Part shown: positions 28,635 to 41,567 of the stretch, piece after piece
Position numbering within the stretch: the stretch's first letter is position 1
Layout of the letters: each line of letters begins with the position of its first letter
Origin: Paraphysomonas bandaiensis
Lineage: Eukaryota > Protista > Chrysophyceae
Length of the DNA stretch: 64,000 nt
Assembly (NCBI GenBank): GCA_965644295.1
Contig: CBFFRP010000108.1
Span: 62,001 to 126,000 of the forward strand
Direction of reading: 5' to 3'
The notes under the pieces: model-generated
Told to the model about the DNA's origin: nothing
Database searches by the model: none
Seen by the model: the letters and a program-made list of their open reading frames with translations, nothing else
Program-made: the position numbers and the translations under genes

Positions 28635-30067
28635 TCAAAACACTTCAAAGAGACCCGCAGCTCCCATTCCGCCACCAACGCACATGGTTACGACGACTCT
28701 CTTGGCCCCGCGGCGCCTTCCCTCCAGGAGAATGTGGCCAACCTGTTCGTGCAATTACAACGGAATAGCAGCACAGTGAGCACCTACTTGTCTAGACCCA
28801 GTCATGCCGAATGGATGGCCAATTGATATCGCCCCGCCATTCACATTCATTTTGCTGTGGTCAATTCCAAGTACATCCGCACATCGCAGTGGCACCACGG
28901 CAAAAGCCTCGTTGAGCTCCCTGAATATTATTAAGTTAATTTCAGCATATTTTCACTCATTTTCAGGTACCAGAGATCAATGTCATCCACACTGAGGCCA
29001 TGGCGAGACAGCAGTTTGGGAACTGCAACTGTCGGACCGATCCCCATTTCATCAGGCTCGCAGCCTCCAACTGCAAATCCGACGAAAGCTCCTAGTGGCT
29101 CCAACCCTCGTCTCTGTGCCTCTGCCTCTTCCATGAGTAGGCATGCCGATGCCCCATCAGACAACTGGGATGCGTTACCAGCCGTGATTGTTGCTTTAGG
29201 GTCGGCCTCAGCACGCACAGGAACTAGACCCTGTATATCTGCCAAAGTAGTACCTGGCCGGTTGCACTGTTGACAGTTTAGCACGGAATGAAAAATCCGC
29301 CGCTAACTTACCTCATCCTTGGAGACAGTGTAGTCCACAATAGAAGTTTCTCCTGTGGCCTTGTCTTTCACTTCCATTTTGGTCTGCATTGGAACAATTT
29401 CTTCCTCAAACACACCCGCAGCTTGGGCAGCAGCGGTGCGCCTCTGTGACTCCACACTGTACTGGTCCTGCCGCTCCCTGCTAACTCCATACCGGGCAGC
29501 AACAATGTCCGCGGTCTCTATCATAGGCATCCATATCGCAGGGTAAGATTTCAGAAGCTTTCTCTCAGGAACGACGCCTTTAACCATTTTCGGCTGGACA
29601 AGGCTGATGCTATCAACGCCACCCCCAATAGCACAGGTAGCTAAGTCGTGAACAATGGTATGGGCAGCGTTAGCTACAGCCTGTAGGCCACTTGAACAGA
29701 ATCGGTTAATAGTTGCCCCCGAAGTAGAAACAGGACAGCCAGCCCATAATGCAGCATTTCTGGCAATATTCATTCCTAACATTTTACCGTTATATATGTT
29801 GCGACACTATCAGCTCAAATGTAACCTGTTTCTCCCTCCGGCATTCCACAGCCCAAAATCACATCATCCACAAGATCAGGCTCCACGTTGGCTTTACGAA
29901 TAGCATTTTGAATTGCATGTCCTAAACACAGATGAGTGGGATGACGTGAGGAAAAATGGTAGCGAGGTACCTGCTAATGCAGCCCCGTGAGTTTTATTAA
30001 ATCCCCCGCGAAAACTCTTCGCGAGACCAGTGCGTGCTGTGGACACTATAACTGCTCTTCTAGACAT
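28635..30067 (-). CDS. acetyl-CoA C-acyltransferase (thiolase)
   Basis: [19 protein letters not shown] (active Cys), [50 protein letters not shown]; introns present. Confidence 0.95.
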
Positions 30068-30529
30068 TATAGAATAAGCTACAGTTAAATGAGGTCGCGA
30101 AGAGGTTGTATGTATATATCTATCTGCATATGTCACACTATCTTCATGTGTTGGAATAGATATGAGATGATGCATACAGGGGTATACAGATGTATATGGT
30201 ACACGGTATACGTCTCAACGTGTTGCTGCATACAAGAACAGAACACTGAACGACATCAGACACTGCTGTGTAGGTATTCCATGCCAGTATATGCAGTAGT
30301 GGATATAAATACAGAGCAAGTACTGCTCTCTATACAATATACTGTATATACCGGTATACACATATGTGTATATCGTTTGAATTATTGTACGATCGTAGTG
30401 TGTGTTGTATAACTTAACTAACATACGAATCATATATCCGACCCGGAGGGAAGGGTAGAGAGAATAGCCGTGAATCCTTGCTTGATGCCGTGGTGCTAAC
30501 TTATCGTAAGGTAGAGTTGAGTGAATAGG

Positions 30530-33500
30530 ATGGAGAGTGTGGAGGATTCTCTCACGAAAGAGCTCAATAGAATGGGAATATCGTCCAAGAGATTACAAGG
30601 CGAGACCGATGCCCTTGTGCGTCCCATAACCACTGGTGTGTTGGATTTGAAAAGTAAATCAATAGCTAGAAAGAACATAGATTGTTATGTGGACAGGAGT
30701 AGTGACCAGAGGAAGTCGTTGAGACCGCGGGCTCCACTCGCAGGCAGACGGGGCAAGTCTGGGGACTCAGCTGTGGCTGCAGATAGTACGCCCGATAAAC
30801 GAAAAGATAGACCAGCGAGAAATAAATCATCACGAAACAAGAAATCCAAATCTATAACTGTGCTGTGGGATAGCTTGCAACATTTCTCAAAGAACAACCT
30901 CGGGCGATCCTTGGCAGACCAAGTACGTACTGCTCCTTTCAGATGTGTTTAGCCCGTAATTTTTTTGCCGTAGGATGTGTCCAGTACTATCAGTTCACCT
31001 GCCGATGATGTTCATTTTGTAAACTTGACTAATATAGACGATGGACAACATGGACAAGCTGCTATGCAGGTTTCGGGCATTGGTGCTCGACTTCACTCCA
31101 CGACAACGAAAAAAATAGGGGCAGAGAAAAATAGTGAGGCCGGAGCACTGAAGGGAGTTGGGTATGACAAGGGTCGGGTTATTCAGGATCGTGTATTTTC
31201 CGAAGCCAGAGAACCTATGGAAGTCGCAAGCTCTTTTAGTGGTCGCGTTTCCTTAAAGCCGGCTGTGACCTCACAGTTTGTAATACCAGAACTGCCAGCT
31301 GGGAAGAATCTTGTTATAAATATACTATCAACATGGGGAGATCCGCACTATGTGGGTTTGATGGGAATAGACATATTTGATTCCTCAGGGCACCTGGTCG
31401 TTCCAGGGAATATGGAAACACAGGTGTGGGCTTGTCCTGCGGATATCAATGTGCTTCCAGAGTACGGTGAGGCAGCAGTGGCGTGTACATTCTAGAAATT
31501 GTTTAACATTTTCAATATCTGTAGGTAATGATCCAAGAACAGTGGATAATGTGTTAGATGGAGTGAATCATACTTGTGATGAGCTACACGCATGGCTGAC
31601 TCCGTTCACCAGAGGCGAGGACCACTTGGTTTGCATTGACTTCGACGAGGTGAGGTAGTCAACACCTATTGTATCTTGAGTAATAAAGACTTCATACACT
31701 ACAGGTTTCTGTTCTTAGTATGATACGGATTTGGAACTACAATAAAAACCGCATTCACAGCTACAGGGGGGCCAGATATGTGGAGATCAGTTTGGATGGC
31801 GCTATTATATTTAAGGGTGAAATCAAGCGAGCCCCTGGAGCTGTTCTGGATCCCGAAGCTTGTAGTGAGTGTATATTGTTTACTACAAACAATACTATAC
31901 TTTCATTGGTGGAAAAATACGACCCAGTCAATGTTTCTGACGAATCGAGAGATACGACATGCATCCCTTCGTTCTTAAAGAATGAGGCTAACGAAGGGGC
32001 CGTTTCATCTTTAAATTCGCGTGGATCATATTCGCCACGCACTCAGGACAGATACTCCCATCGACAACGTGGCCCTTCTCTTTCTCCTGTGCGTGGTGGA
32101 GAAGAGGAGGGTGCTCGACAAGCCCAAGAGGAGTGGATGGCAATGGCTGATGGAGAAGGAGGGGAGTGGGTGAAACAGAACCGCTACGAGAAGTCTGACT
32201 TCGAGGCGCTTGGTCTGGAGAGGAAATCCGCTACCGTGGGTGTGTGGGGAGGGGCCGGCGACGACAGGCCACCCACTGGAAAAAGAAACACCGCTAGGAA
32301 TAAAGGCGTAACATTTGAAGATCGCAATGAAACTGTCCCTGTAAAAAGCAGTAATACCATGTTGGACTTTGAGCGAACAATGGGACCCCAGGTTCACGGC
32401 AACTGCCCCCTGTCCATTTCCTATGACGGTTTTCCGGACCTAGTGCTCTCTCGAGCTGCTGCTGGCCTTCCGAAATGTAACAGCTGGAAATCACACAACA
32501 AAAAAGTTGTTCAATCTCATAACAACCCACTTGTGCGTCCTTCCACTGCAGCCGTCTCCAGGGGACATGAGCCTCTGATTGGAAAAGTAGTTGAGCTAAG
32601 CATATTGAGCAACTGGGGTGACCCGGAATATGTTGGGCTTGCTGGTATTTCTGCTCTTGATGAAAATTTTGCAGAGCTTCCGCTTCCAGTCCCCGAGGTT
32701 ATATTAGTGGAATGCGGTGGAGCGTCTAGCAGCTCTAAGGCCAAAACTTACATGACATCACCGAAAGTACTCGTTGATGGCAACAATTTGAGTACAGACC
32801 CCTTGCGTCTGTGGCACGTGACTATGCCACAATCTGCAAGTGTGCTTCTTCGATTCGATATGGGCGATTCTCCAGTGTCTCTCCGCGGATTGCGTGTGTG
32901 GAACTATAATTCGCCTGGTGAAGAGTCGTGCAGAGGGGCTAGACATGTGGAGATCGCAGTTGATGGACAGAACAAGGCGTCACTGGTACTTCGTAAGGCA
33001 CCTGGGGAGAATAACTTGGAATATGCGCAGTTTGTACATCTCAAAGGTGCGCTAGTATCTTCTAGATCTTCTGGTGAATTTAGCTCCGCGCGGTCACTGC
33101 GGAGGAATCAATCTCTGTCTGACTTTGAGAAAGACCCTAGGGCAGAAAGTACCAGCCAAGACTTGCTCCCGATTGAGCCAATGAATAGCTTTGACATGGA
33201 GTTTCCAAACATAGACAAGACGATGCAGTCAGAATCTTCGGATGGGAACACAGATGAGCTGGAGCGATCGTCTCTTTTGCCATCATGCCTTGGTTCGCCT
33301 TCAGAGAAATCAACAGAGCAGGGTGCATGTATTGTCACTCAGCAATACGAAACACCGGTATTTTAAAAAATGACAAGTGTTCTATGCTAACTTTACTGGT
33401 ATCAGTTGAACCCATGCGGTAGTATGATGAAGATTGTACTGTTGAATTCATATGGAGACCCGTACTACATAGGCCTGAATGGTCTACAAATATTTGATGA

Positions 33501-34351
33501 ATGCGGAAAACTGGTCGAGCTATCAGAGGATCAACTGCAAGCAGCACCATTCCGGTTAGTGTTATTTACTCTTTATACAACTACCATGACAAGCAAACTT
33601 TTAAAGGGATGTCAATGACCTCCCTGAGATTCAAGCTCGTGGGGAAGACGCCCGCTGTCTGAAAAATCTGATTCATCCGGAGAATGATACGTTCAACGAT
33701 AAGTATGCATATTTTTTTGATAGCCATGAATTGTAATGCTTTTCAACAGTTTTATGTGGCTAGCCCCACTTTCGTTGGAAATAGACATCGATAAAGGAAG
33801 TGCAAAGGAATCCAGACACCCTAACACAGTGGTTATTTTGTTTGACGAGCCTATTCGAATTGGATATATTAAACTTTGGAATTACAGTAAGACGCCTGAG
33901 AGAGGCGTCAAGGAGTTTGAGGTAAACAGTCCTTTACATATATAAGGTGTATCTTTTACTCTTTGTAGGTATTTCTGGACGATGTGCTGGTGTATAAAGG
34001 TAGCCTTCGAAAAAGTCCGAGCCGAGACTATTTTTGGAAAATTTCAGCATCCGCAAGTGACAACGACGAAGATAACTGGTGTCATCGTCACACCCGTGAT
34101 GGGATTGGTGGTATGGACTTATCGCAAGTTATCTTGTTCACAAATGATAGAGAGGTGATTGCGCGTGAGGTACGATTTTCACGTCGATCAACTAGTCCGG
34201 TTGTGATATGTATGTGCAGGAAAGCAGAGTTCCTTTCTGTGATGATGGTATTGAGTTTATTGATGAGGGCAAGCACGTTGCCCTTCCCTCTAATCTTAAA
34301 TCTGAAACGGTTCATCGACCTATGACTTCCGTTACAGGAAAGAGAATATGA
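30530..34351 (+). CDS. KATNIP: katanin-interacting protein KATNIP/KIAA0556 (DUF4457 repeats)
   Basis: Three repeats ILSTWGDPHYVGLMGI / ILSNWGDPEYVGLAGI / LLNSYGDPYYIGLNGL, each followed later by [IL][RK][IVL]WNY; C-terminal RPMT. Confidence 0.88.
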
Positions 34352-34775
34352 CGAGAAAGATTTCTGTACAATTATAAGTACCTGTGTTTTTTGTGTTTTG
34401 TTATATTGTACTTATACTTGTGGTTTTAAATTTAGGTTATAGAAACCACATTGTGTGCCTTAATTGCTGGCAGCCTGTAACATTTATAACGCACTCTATA
34501 TTAGCCGTGCAAAGAATGAATTACTCGTTACGTATTATTATTTACCACTTCCGATTGCCCATACCTAATGCATATACCACTTCTTTTCGACTTTTGAAAT
34601 ATAGATGTAATCTACCCGAAAAGATACCTATCAATATTATCAACAGAAAAAAATGAAGCACAGTTGAAATATATATCGTATATGTACAATGAGCTGTATA
34701 ACACGCTTGACACAGGCGGTGAATTAAATGTAGCTCTTATGTTTGGACTTGATATATACGATGATCTTAATCAAG

Positions 34776-36045
34776 CAGTGAATATCTTATTAAAGCAATA
34801 GGTGTTTATGATTCAGAATTAATTTAGTATTAGTAGTGAATATCTGATTATATTAGCAATAGGCGTGTAAGAGTCAGAACTAATGTAGCGAAACAATTTA
34901 ACTAACTACTTAACTCTTCTTATATCCTACTATTTAACGCTACGAAAGCAGCTTGTGCGTCATCGAAAGCACCAAGTGCAATCACTTTCGCTTTATCACT
35001 CAAAGCAAGCAGAATGTTGATATTTCAGGATTCTTGAGTTCTTAAGATGAACAGCATGAATGCTTGACTTCAGCAGGCTGCCCAAAGGTGGGCCCATTCT
35101 TGCATACTTCGGCGGGCAAATGTACATGTGCTGAATAACGAAACTTGTTGTCGTTGCCGACTCGAACTTGCACTCGCTCTTTACTTTCGTGGTGTTTTGA
35201 GAGATAAATACCAAGATATTTCTCCTGAAAACTAATGTTAGCCGCATATATAGTCAGCAGATATTTCTGTCCACTCATAGCCAACTGCTTGTGTTGTACA
35301 AGGGACTCAAATTAGTCCCTTGTGTAAACGTCTTTGGGCCCTGACGAATAAACAGGCATCCGGGGTATTAGGCTGCCAGCTGAAGTCAAGCATCCGTGCT
35401 GTTCACCTTAAGAACTCAAGAGTCCTGAAGTCAGCAGATGTCAGGTATATCAACATTCTGCTTGCTCACTTCGTTCGATTTGAGTGATAGAGTGAAAGTG
35501 ATTGCACTTGGTGCTTTCGGTGACGCACAAGCTGCTTTCGTAGCGTTAAATAGTAGGATATCAGAGTTAAGTAGTTAGCTACATTAGTTCTGACTCTTAC
35601 ATGCCTATTGCTAATATAATCAGACATTCCCTACTGTGCCTATTCCTGGATGCTTGACTTCAGCAGGTAGCCTAATACCCCGGATGCCCTTAAAGGTGGG
35701 CCCATTCCCAGATGCCTGTTTATTCGTCAGGGCTCAAAGGCGTCTACACAAGGGATACTAATTTGAGTCCCTTGTGCCACACAAGCATTTGGCTATATGA
35801 GTGGACAGAACAATATCTGCTGACTATATATGCGGCTCACGTTAGTTTCCCGGCGAAATATCTCCCATCTCCCAGAACACCACGAAAAGGTGCGAGTATT
35901 ACTTTGTTGGGGGCGGTCGAGTACAAGGGCAGTCGTAGTATACAAAGTACGTAGTCGGTTAATTTATACTTGCTTGATGCGATATATATTATTCGTTCTG
36001 ACTCTTACACGCCTATTACTAATCACAAGACATTCCCTATTCGCT
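34776..36045. mobile_element. foldback/inverted-repeat cluster, family A
   Basis: 34832-35085 is the reverse complement of about 35368-35635; 35645-35905 is the reverse complement of about 35160-35395; extra terminal pieces at 34776-34830 and 35995-36045. Confidence 0.8.
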
Positions 36046-36354
36046 ACATATCTTATTATATTCATCCAACAAAAGTATAATTTCAGGCGTAGTTAATCCA
36101 TGGTTTATGTAAGAGGTAAACCGATACATTATCTAAAATATGACTTATTAATTTAGGCTAATATAAATTGAAGGTATCATGACGAGATATATATGATTAG
36201 CTTAAATACAAAAAAAGATACACTTGAAAATTTCATACGTCGTAACTATATATGTCTTTATATCTTTCATATTAAAATAATACAGCACTGCACAATTTTT
36301 CTGTTCCACTCTCTATAGTTTTACCTTGTGTAGCTAATCAATATATTCAGTGGA

Positions 36355-39300
36355 CTAATTGAAAAAATATTGACTCGATAGCACATCCTCAATTCTAAAG
36401 TTTCCCATATTAGGAATTTCAGGAATTCTAATAGGACGCCATGAGCTAACATTGAAATCTAGAATATTGCCACTCCCGTTGAAATTATCTTCAAACACGG
36501 GAACTAAAAAGCCTCGGTACCTCTGTAACAAGTCAGATCTCAAGCTCTTGAGAACAGGCTCCGAGTAAATATCAACAAATTGCTCACGAAGGATGTGATT
36601 CATCGCATCCACATCTGCAGCATGTGTCCAAAAGCAATCATGGACACTGGCAAATGAAATATTAGATGCGTGGCAAGCTATAGCAGTTTTAAACATATGC
36701 GTGGCATCAAGAGAATGTATAAAATTTGGAGGAAAAGAAGCAGCTTGTTTCTTGGCGTCCACAGGAGGTAAGCCCCTTGAAGACGGTATCAGGACACGCT
36801 GCAAGGCTATAACGCTATTAAATAGTTTTCTGAAAATTTCAAGAAAGAACCTGTGTTAATCATCTCCAGTGACTTCATGCGATAAGGCTGTGTTACTTCA
36901 AAACCTAGTGGTGTAGTCCACGACAACGCGGTCTGAGGATACACATACCGAAATTTAGACTGCCGTCTACCGATATTGAAGTAGCGCATAATCTTCCAAA
37001 GTATAGGGCGCTGCTTGGACTCAGTATAGTGCTGGGCAACATCCGGCGGTACAGCGTTACCAATTTCCGTCGCGCACAAATTCAGCCACCTTTGAATATT
37101 GTTGGCACTGCTGAACATATGCTTCATACAATCAAATGTTATGTCAACTAAGTATTCAGAAGCAGGACCAATTTCTTCCAATGAGACCACATCATATTTT
37201 TTTAGACTTTCTTCAATCTGTTTCCTGGCCCCGAAACGGGTGATTCCATATACAGAGGTCATCACAGGGAGTTTAAAAATATCTCGATTGTTAATTCTTC
37301 CAACGAGTTTATTCGATATGTGTGTGGTATTAGTAGAAGCGTCAAGACGAACTCTGTCGGAGACTTTCTTCGCAACGGAAGCATACGCATCCTTAGGTGT
37401 GTCAGAAGGCGATAAGTTCACAGAACCCGCACCATCAACATCTCTCCCGAGGGCAGCGTAGTGTTGTAGTCCATTGCACGATCCATCCTGCCACAACATA
37501 TCAGAACACGGCACCTTAGAATTTAATCCAAACCTGATGACAGGGAACATGCGAAATGTAACTTCTCGGGTCTGCACTGCGCATTGCCGCAGTCAACTCA
37601 AAACATGCAGCAAGACATTGCCAAGGTGACTTCGCACGTTTCCACCACTGTGTACCTACATTTATAGTGAACACTAGACAGATAAAATATGAGTAGAACC
37701 AGTGATAGGTCTGTCCGCTGAGTCAAAAATATCTTCCAAATGGCTATCCACGTAGGCTACACGTTCATCTAAGCTGAGGCGTGCAGCTCCAGCAAGGTTA
37801 GCAAGGTGGACTTTCAGCCAATACAGTCCCCGTTCACCAAGAGCTCTACCTCTCGAAAAGAGAAGCAGTCCTGTGTAAGTTTAATGAGAACACAAACGAC
37901 GATGATTTTTGCTATAGTCACCCCTGGATAGGTCATCTCCAATATGGTTGAGATATGGTGCTATCGGATAAGCTCTACCTCGAAAGTCCAGAGAATGAGG
38001 CATGAAGAGAGTGAGGTCAGCCAAATGCTTGGCGAATTCAACTCGATATATCGTATCGCATTTGCGCTTGTGTTCAGTTATAATATCACTTCCCGTATCA
38101 ACTTTAGTGGAGACATTTTTAGCGTATTCGATAGAATTTGATATGTCATGACTACAGTACGTTGCCGAATATTTGTCAAATTCTTGCGGTAACAAGGTGT
38201 CGTTATCAGACAGACGTAATACAATGGACAATACATCATTGTTGATCTTCCATGCAGTTTGCCCTAATACATCGAGACCTGTTAGTATATTTCCCAGTCT
38301 TCCCTCCCTGTCGGCGCACTCGAGTTTGTCTAGATCAATTTCATAGCCCTGACTCACAATAAAATGATAATAGTGGTTGCATTGGGACAAAAAATATTAC
38401 CTTCTGACGCACACAGGTCATTGAGTGCGTGAGATATCCTCCGTTCCTGTGTGTGAGCCAAGGAGCTGGTGGAACCAGCATCGGTAATGTCCATGGTTCA
38501 ACAACCATCGGGCTGGAACTATTCATTAGTGAGGTGTACACCTCTTCACTCCACTCTGCCAACATAATAACAACATCGTTACCCATTATGCAGTACATGT
38601 GCTCTCACCAATGCATCCTATCTTTTTCGGCCACGTCCACGGAATGACTTTGTGCTGAAAGGCAGGGACGGCGCCGATCTTCAAGGTATTAACCATTATG
38701 TACAAAAAATGCATTCCGATCTCCATATTTAACTTTTCCGACCATGACGTCTTCATTTGAATCTTGCCAGCCTTTTTTAATGTGGCATCCTTAAGTCGCA
38801 ATTGTGTTGAATACTTTTGGCGGGCAGCTTGGGGAGACAGCTCGCCGTTGTGCAGCATTCGTGAGAGCTCCTTCATATCTAGGAATCCTCCCTGATTTCC
38901 GTGATCGATACCCTGAATAAGCTTCATAAGCATTTCCTGCTGTAAACGTTTCCCAATAGCAGCTGCACACATCTATTAGAACAGAACAAATATCTCGCCG
39001 AGCATTCACAAAACCAGGTAGCTTACATGCCACACTCTCCGCTGGAGTTCCCTTTATCAGTGGACTGTAAGCTCTAGTTCGAGTGAGTTCCTGCAGACAG
39101 ATAATCGCAATGTGCTCTGAATCTAAAACAAATTTAATGTCGGTGTAGGCCTTTGCCGCGTTTCTAGAAAGTTGTCGTGTTGGAGGAGCTATAATTGCAG
39201 GTACACCACGCTGCAAATTTGTCAATTCTTGCAACCATTGTGACAACAACCGACGTGCAGATAAAGATTCCGTGATATTCGAGCTAATTGCTCGATAGTC

Positions 39301-39780
39301 ATTCGTATACAACTCATAGGCAGCAACTGTAAAATAGTTCTTCTCCAGTTCCTCCTGAAGTACATATGACTTTGACATAAACTCAATATAACGCTTGGCA
39401 CTGCATACCTGTACCCCATATAAGTCAGTGGATTTGTTGAGAGCGAAATTTTTGATATCTTTGAGGGTGAGCGGAATTCGTCGAGATTTACTCTACCACA
39501 CCACACACTACATGAGAAGCGGATACGCATACAGGACAAATGTGTTGTACACCTTGAAGGGTCTTGAGAAGAGGGAGCGAGTGTTGATCGATCTTCTAGA
39601 GTGTGGCTTCAGGTATGACATGAGTGTGAACTCATTTGACAGTGATAACGATCTAACAGAACCACCTCCCCCCCGAATGACACTCAGTGGTCTCAGATAA
39701 TCGAAACCCATAAACTGAAAAGATAACTGCAATTGCATGAAAATAATTCCAATGAGGACTGATTGATGTGCGAGAGTCAT
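36355..39780 (-). CDS. single-subunit phage-type (T7/Rpo41-like) DNA-directed RNA polymerase, multi-exon
   Basis: DFRGRAYP, motif A QDGSCNGLQHYAALGRD, motif B RDIFKLPVMTSVYG, PPNFIHSLDATH, motif C VHDCFWTH, C-terminal YFFN. Start at 39780 or 39711 uncertain. Confidence 0.93.
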
Positions 39781-39990
39781 ACTAGATCTCAGATATAATC
39801 CACTCCTCCTCAATAATCATATATATACATTACTATGCACCTTCAGATTCATGCACATCACAGTATGCAAGCATCAGTGCAGTCAACGTGAATGCAAGCA
39901 AGTATCGTATAGACTGTACAAATGGAGGACATGCAACTACGCAATATACACAAAAATGCATTTCTATAACACAAAACTGGTCGATTCAGC

Positions 39991-40109
39991 ATGGACGGTC
40001 ATACAATGCAAACCGCACCCGCTCTCGTCCCGCTCGCGGAAGTTAAGTTGCATCTGGCCCGGTTAGTAGTACGGTGGGTGACCACGTGCGAAGTCCGGGT
40101 ACTGTCCGT
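39991..40109 (+). rRNA. 5S rRNA, copy 1
   Basis: About 119 nt, GGACGGTCATAC...GAAGTTAAG...GGTTAGTAGTACGGTGGGTGACCACGTGCGAAG...CTGTCCG; paired termini; followed by a T5 Pol III terminator. Confidence 0.93.
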
Positions 40110-40282
40110 TTTTGACTATTTTTTGACGAAAATCTGGATGAAAGTATAAAATACTGTTTTTTTGTTGTGAGAGATATGCCTACATTTAGGCATCATTGGA
40201 GAATATATGTATATATTTGTACACCATACCGGTATCTGCACACAATGCTGTATTTCTATATGCAAAATCAAGTCAACCCAGC

Positions 40283-40401
40283 ATGGACGGTCATACAATG
40301 CAAACCGCACCCGCTCTCGTTCCGCTCGCGGAAGTTAAGTTGCATCTGGCCCGGTTAGTAGTACGGTGGGTGACCACGTGCGAAGTCCGGGTACTGTCCG
40401 T
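40283..40401 (+). rRNA. 5S rRNA, copy 2
   Basis: Same as copy 1 except one C/T change; 292-bp period; T5 terminator. Confidence 0.93.
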
Positions 40402-41567
40402 TTTTGTCTTTTTATTAATCTAAAATCTGTACATTTATGTCCAATCCAATCCGTACCTAAACAGCACATTCATGGGCATTGATACTCGACTTTGATGCGG
40501 CATCAGTGATTTTCTTTTCTTAAACTGACCTGTGCTACTATCATCTTTAGTTCTCTACTGACTTATTTCACGAAAGATCATTTCAATACCCAATAAGAAA
40601 GACATGACGCATGCTCCACTACCTCTAGTAAGAAACCACAATTTAGTTATAGCTACTTGTTGGGCATACGAGAAGTTGCGTCTGCATATCGGAACATATC
40701 CTCTTGTCAAAACTGTTTGCCTCCTGCATACGTGGAAGGTGTTAAGGAGCCGTTGAAGGTGATGTTAATATAAGCAGGTAATGTGGAAGGTAAGACAAAC
40801 TGTATATGATCTTGTCTATCAAAGATTGATTGGTAGTAGCGAGAATATAAATTTAGTTAAAAATGACAATGGCTGATGTGAGATGATGATTATAATATAT
40901 ATTAATTGTTTATTGAGTGAGTTCAGCGTTTAGTTACTTAAGTTTTAACTATCCTAATATCAAAGATTGATATTGCACTATCAGTAATCTTGTCGAATCT
41001 ACAGTAAAAATAATGTTTATATATTGCTTGTTAACTCGACTGAATTATTGAATTAGGCCACCAAATGAAATTACATGGCCTTTAACAATGAAAGCATGCA
41101 CCGAAACTAAAATTTATTGTGTGTTTCGTGAAGCCACTACTACTAAGTCAACATTTATCTACTGCGACTAAGTTTCGAGTTTAATCTTATTACTTACTAA
41201 TCTAAGGTCAGTTGAATTTTATGTTAAGTACATATAACAAAGTTATAAAGGAAGAGGAAATAAATTCATATGTGAAAACGAATAACAAACAAGAAGAAAA
41301 AATGATTTTATATATATTAAATATGATGCATAGGAGATGCTGGAAAAATAGATCTATAGCTATACTATCCCTGTCCGAGACACCTATTACGATAAAACAT
41401 CAATACCAGAATGTAGCCTCGGAAAATATCACTTGCCTCAAACAAAGAAATGCACACCTTCCTAACTTCCTGGAAACAAACTGAAACAGAAAATACTCTA
41501 TCCAGTACAAGTTTCCAGCATAAGGTATACACACAATGACAACATATTACCCTCGATCATTAAGTAA

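Noticed and set aside
34996-36096. Short ORFs in repeat family A as a transposase
   Set aside because: No DDE/HUH/RT motifs, and frames are not preserved between copies.
34776-39780. Integrated linear mitochondrial plasmid (TIR + RNAP)
   Set aside because: The RNAP has spliceosomal introns and Rpo41-type motifs, there is no protein-primed DNA polymerase, and the repeat lies on one side only and recurs at 10487.
39851-40423. Duplicated small ORFs (SAWTVIQCKPHP)
   Set aside because: Translations of the two 5S rRNA genes.
41212-41484. 90-aa plus-strand ORF
   Set aside because: AT-rich 3' flank, non-ATG start, no motif.
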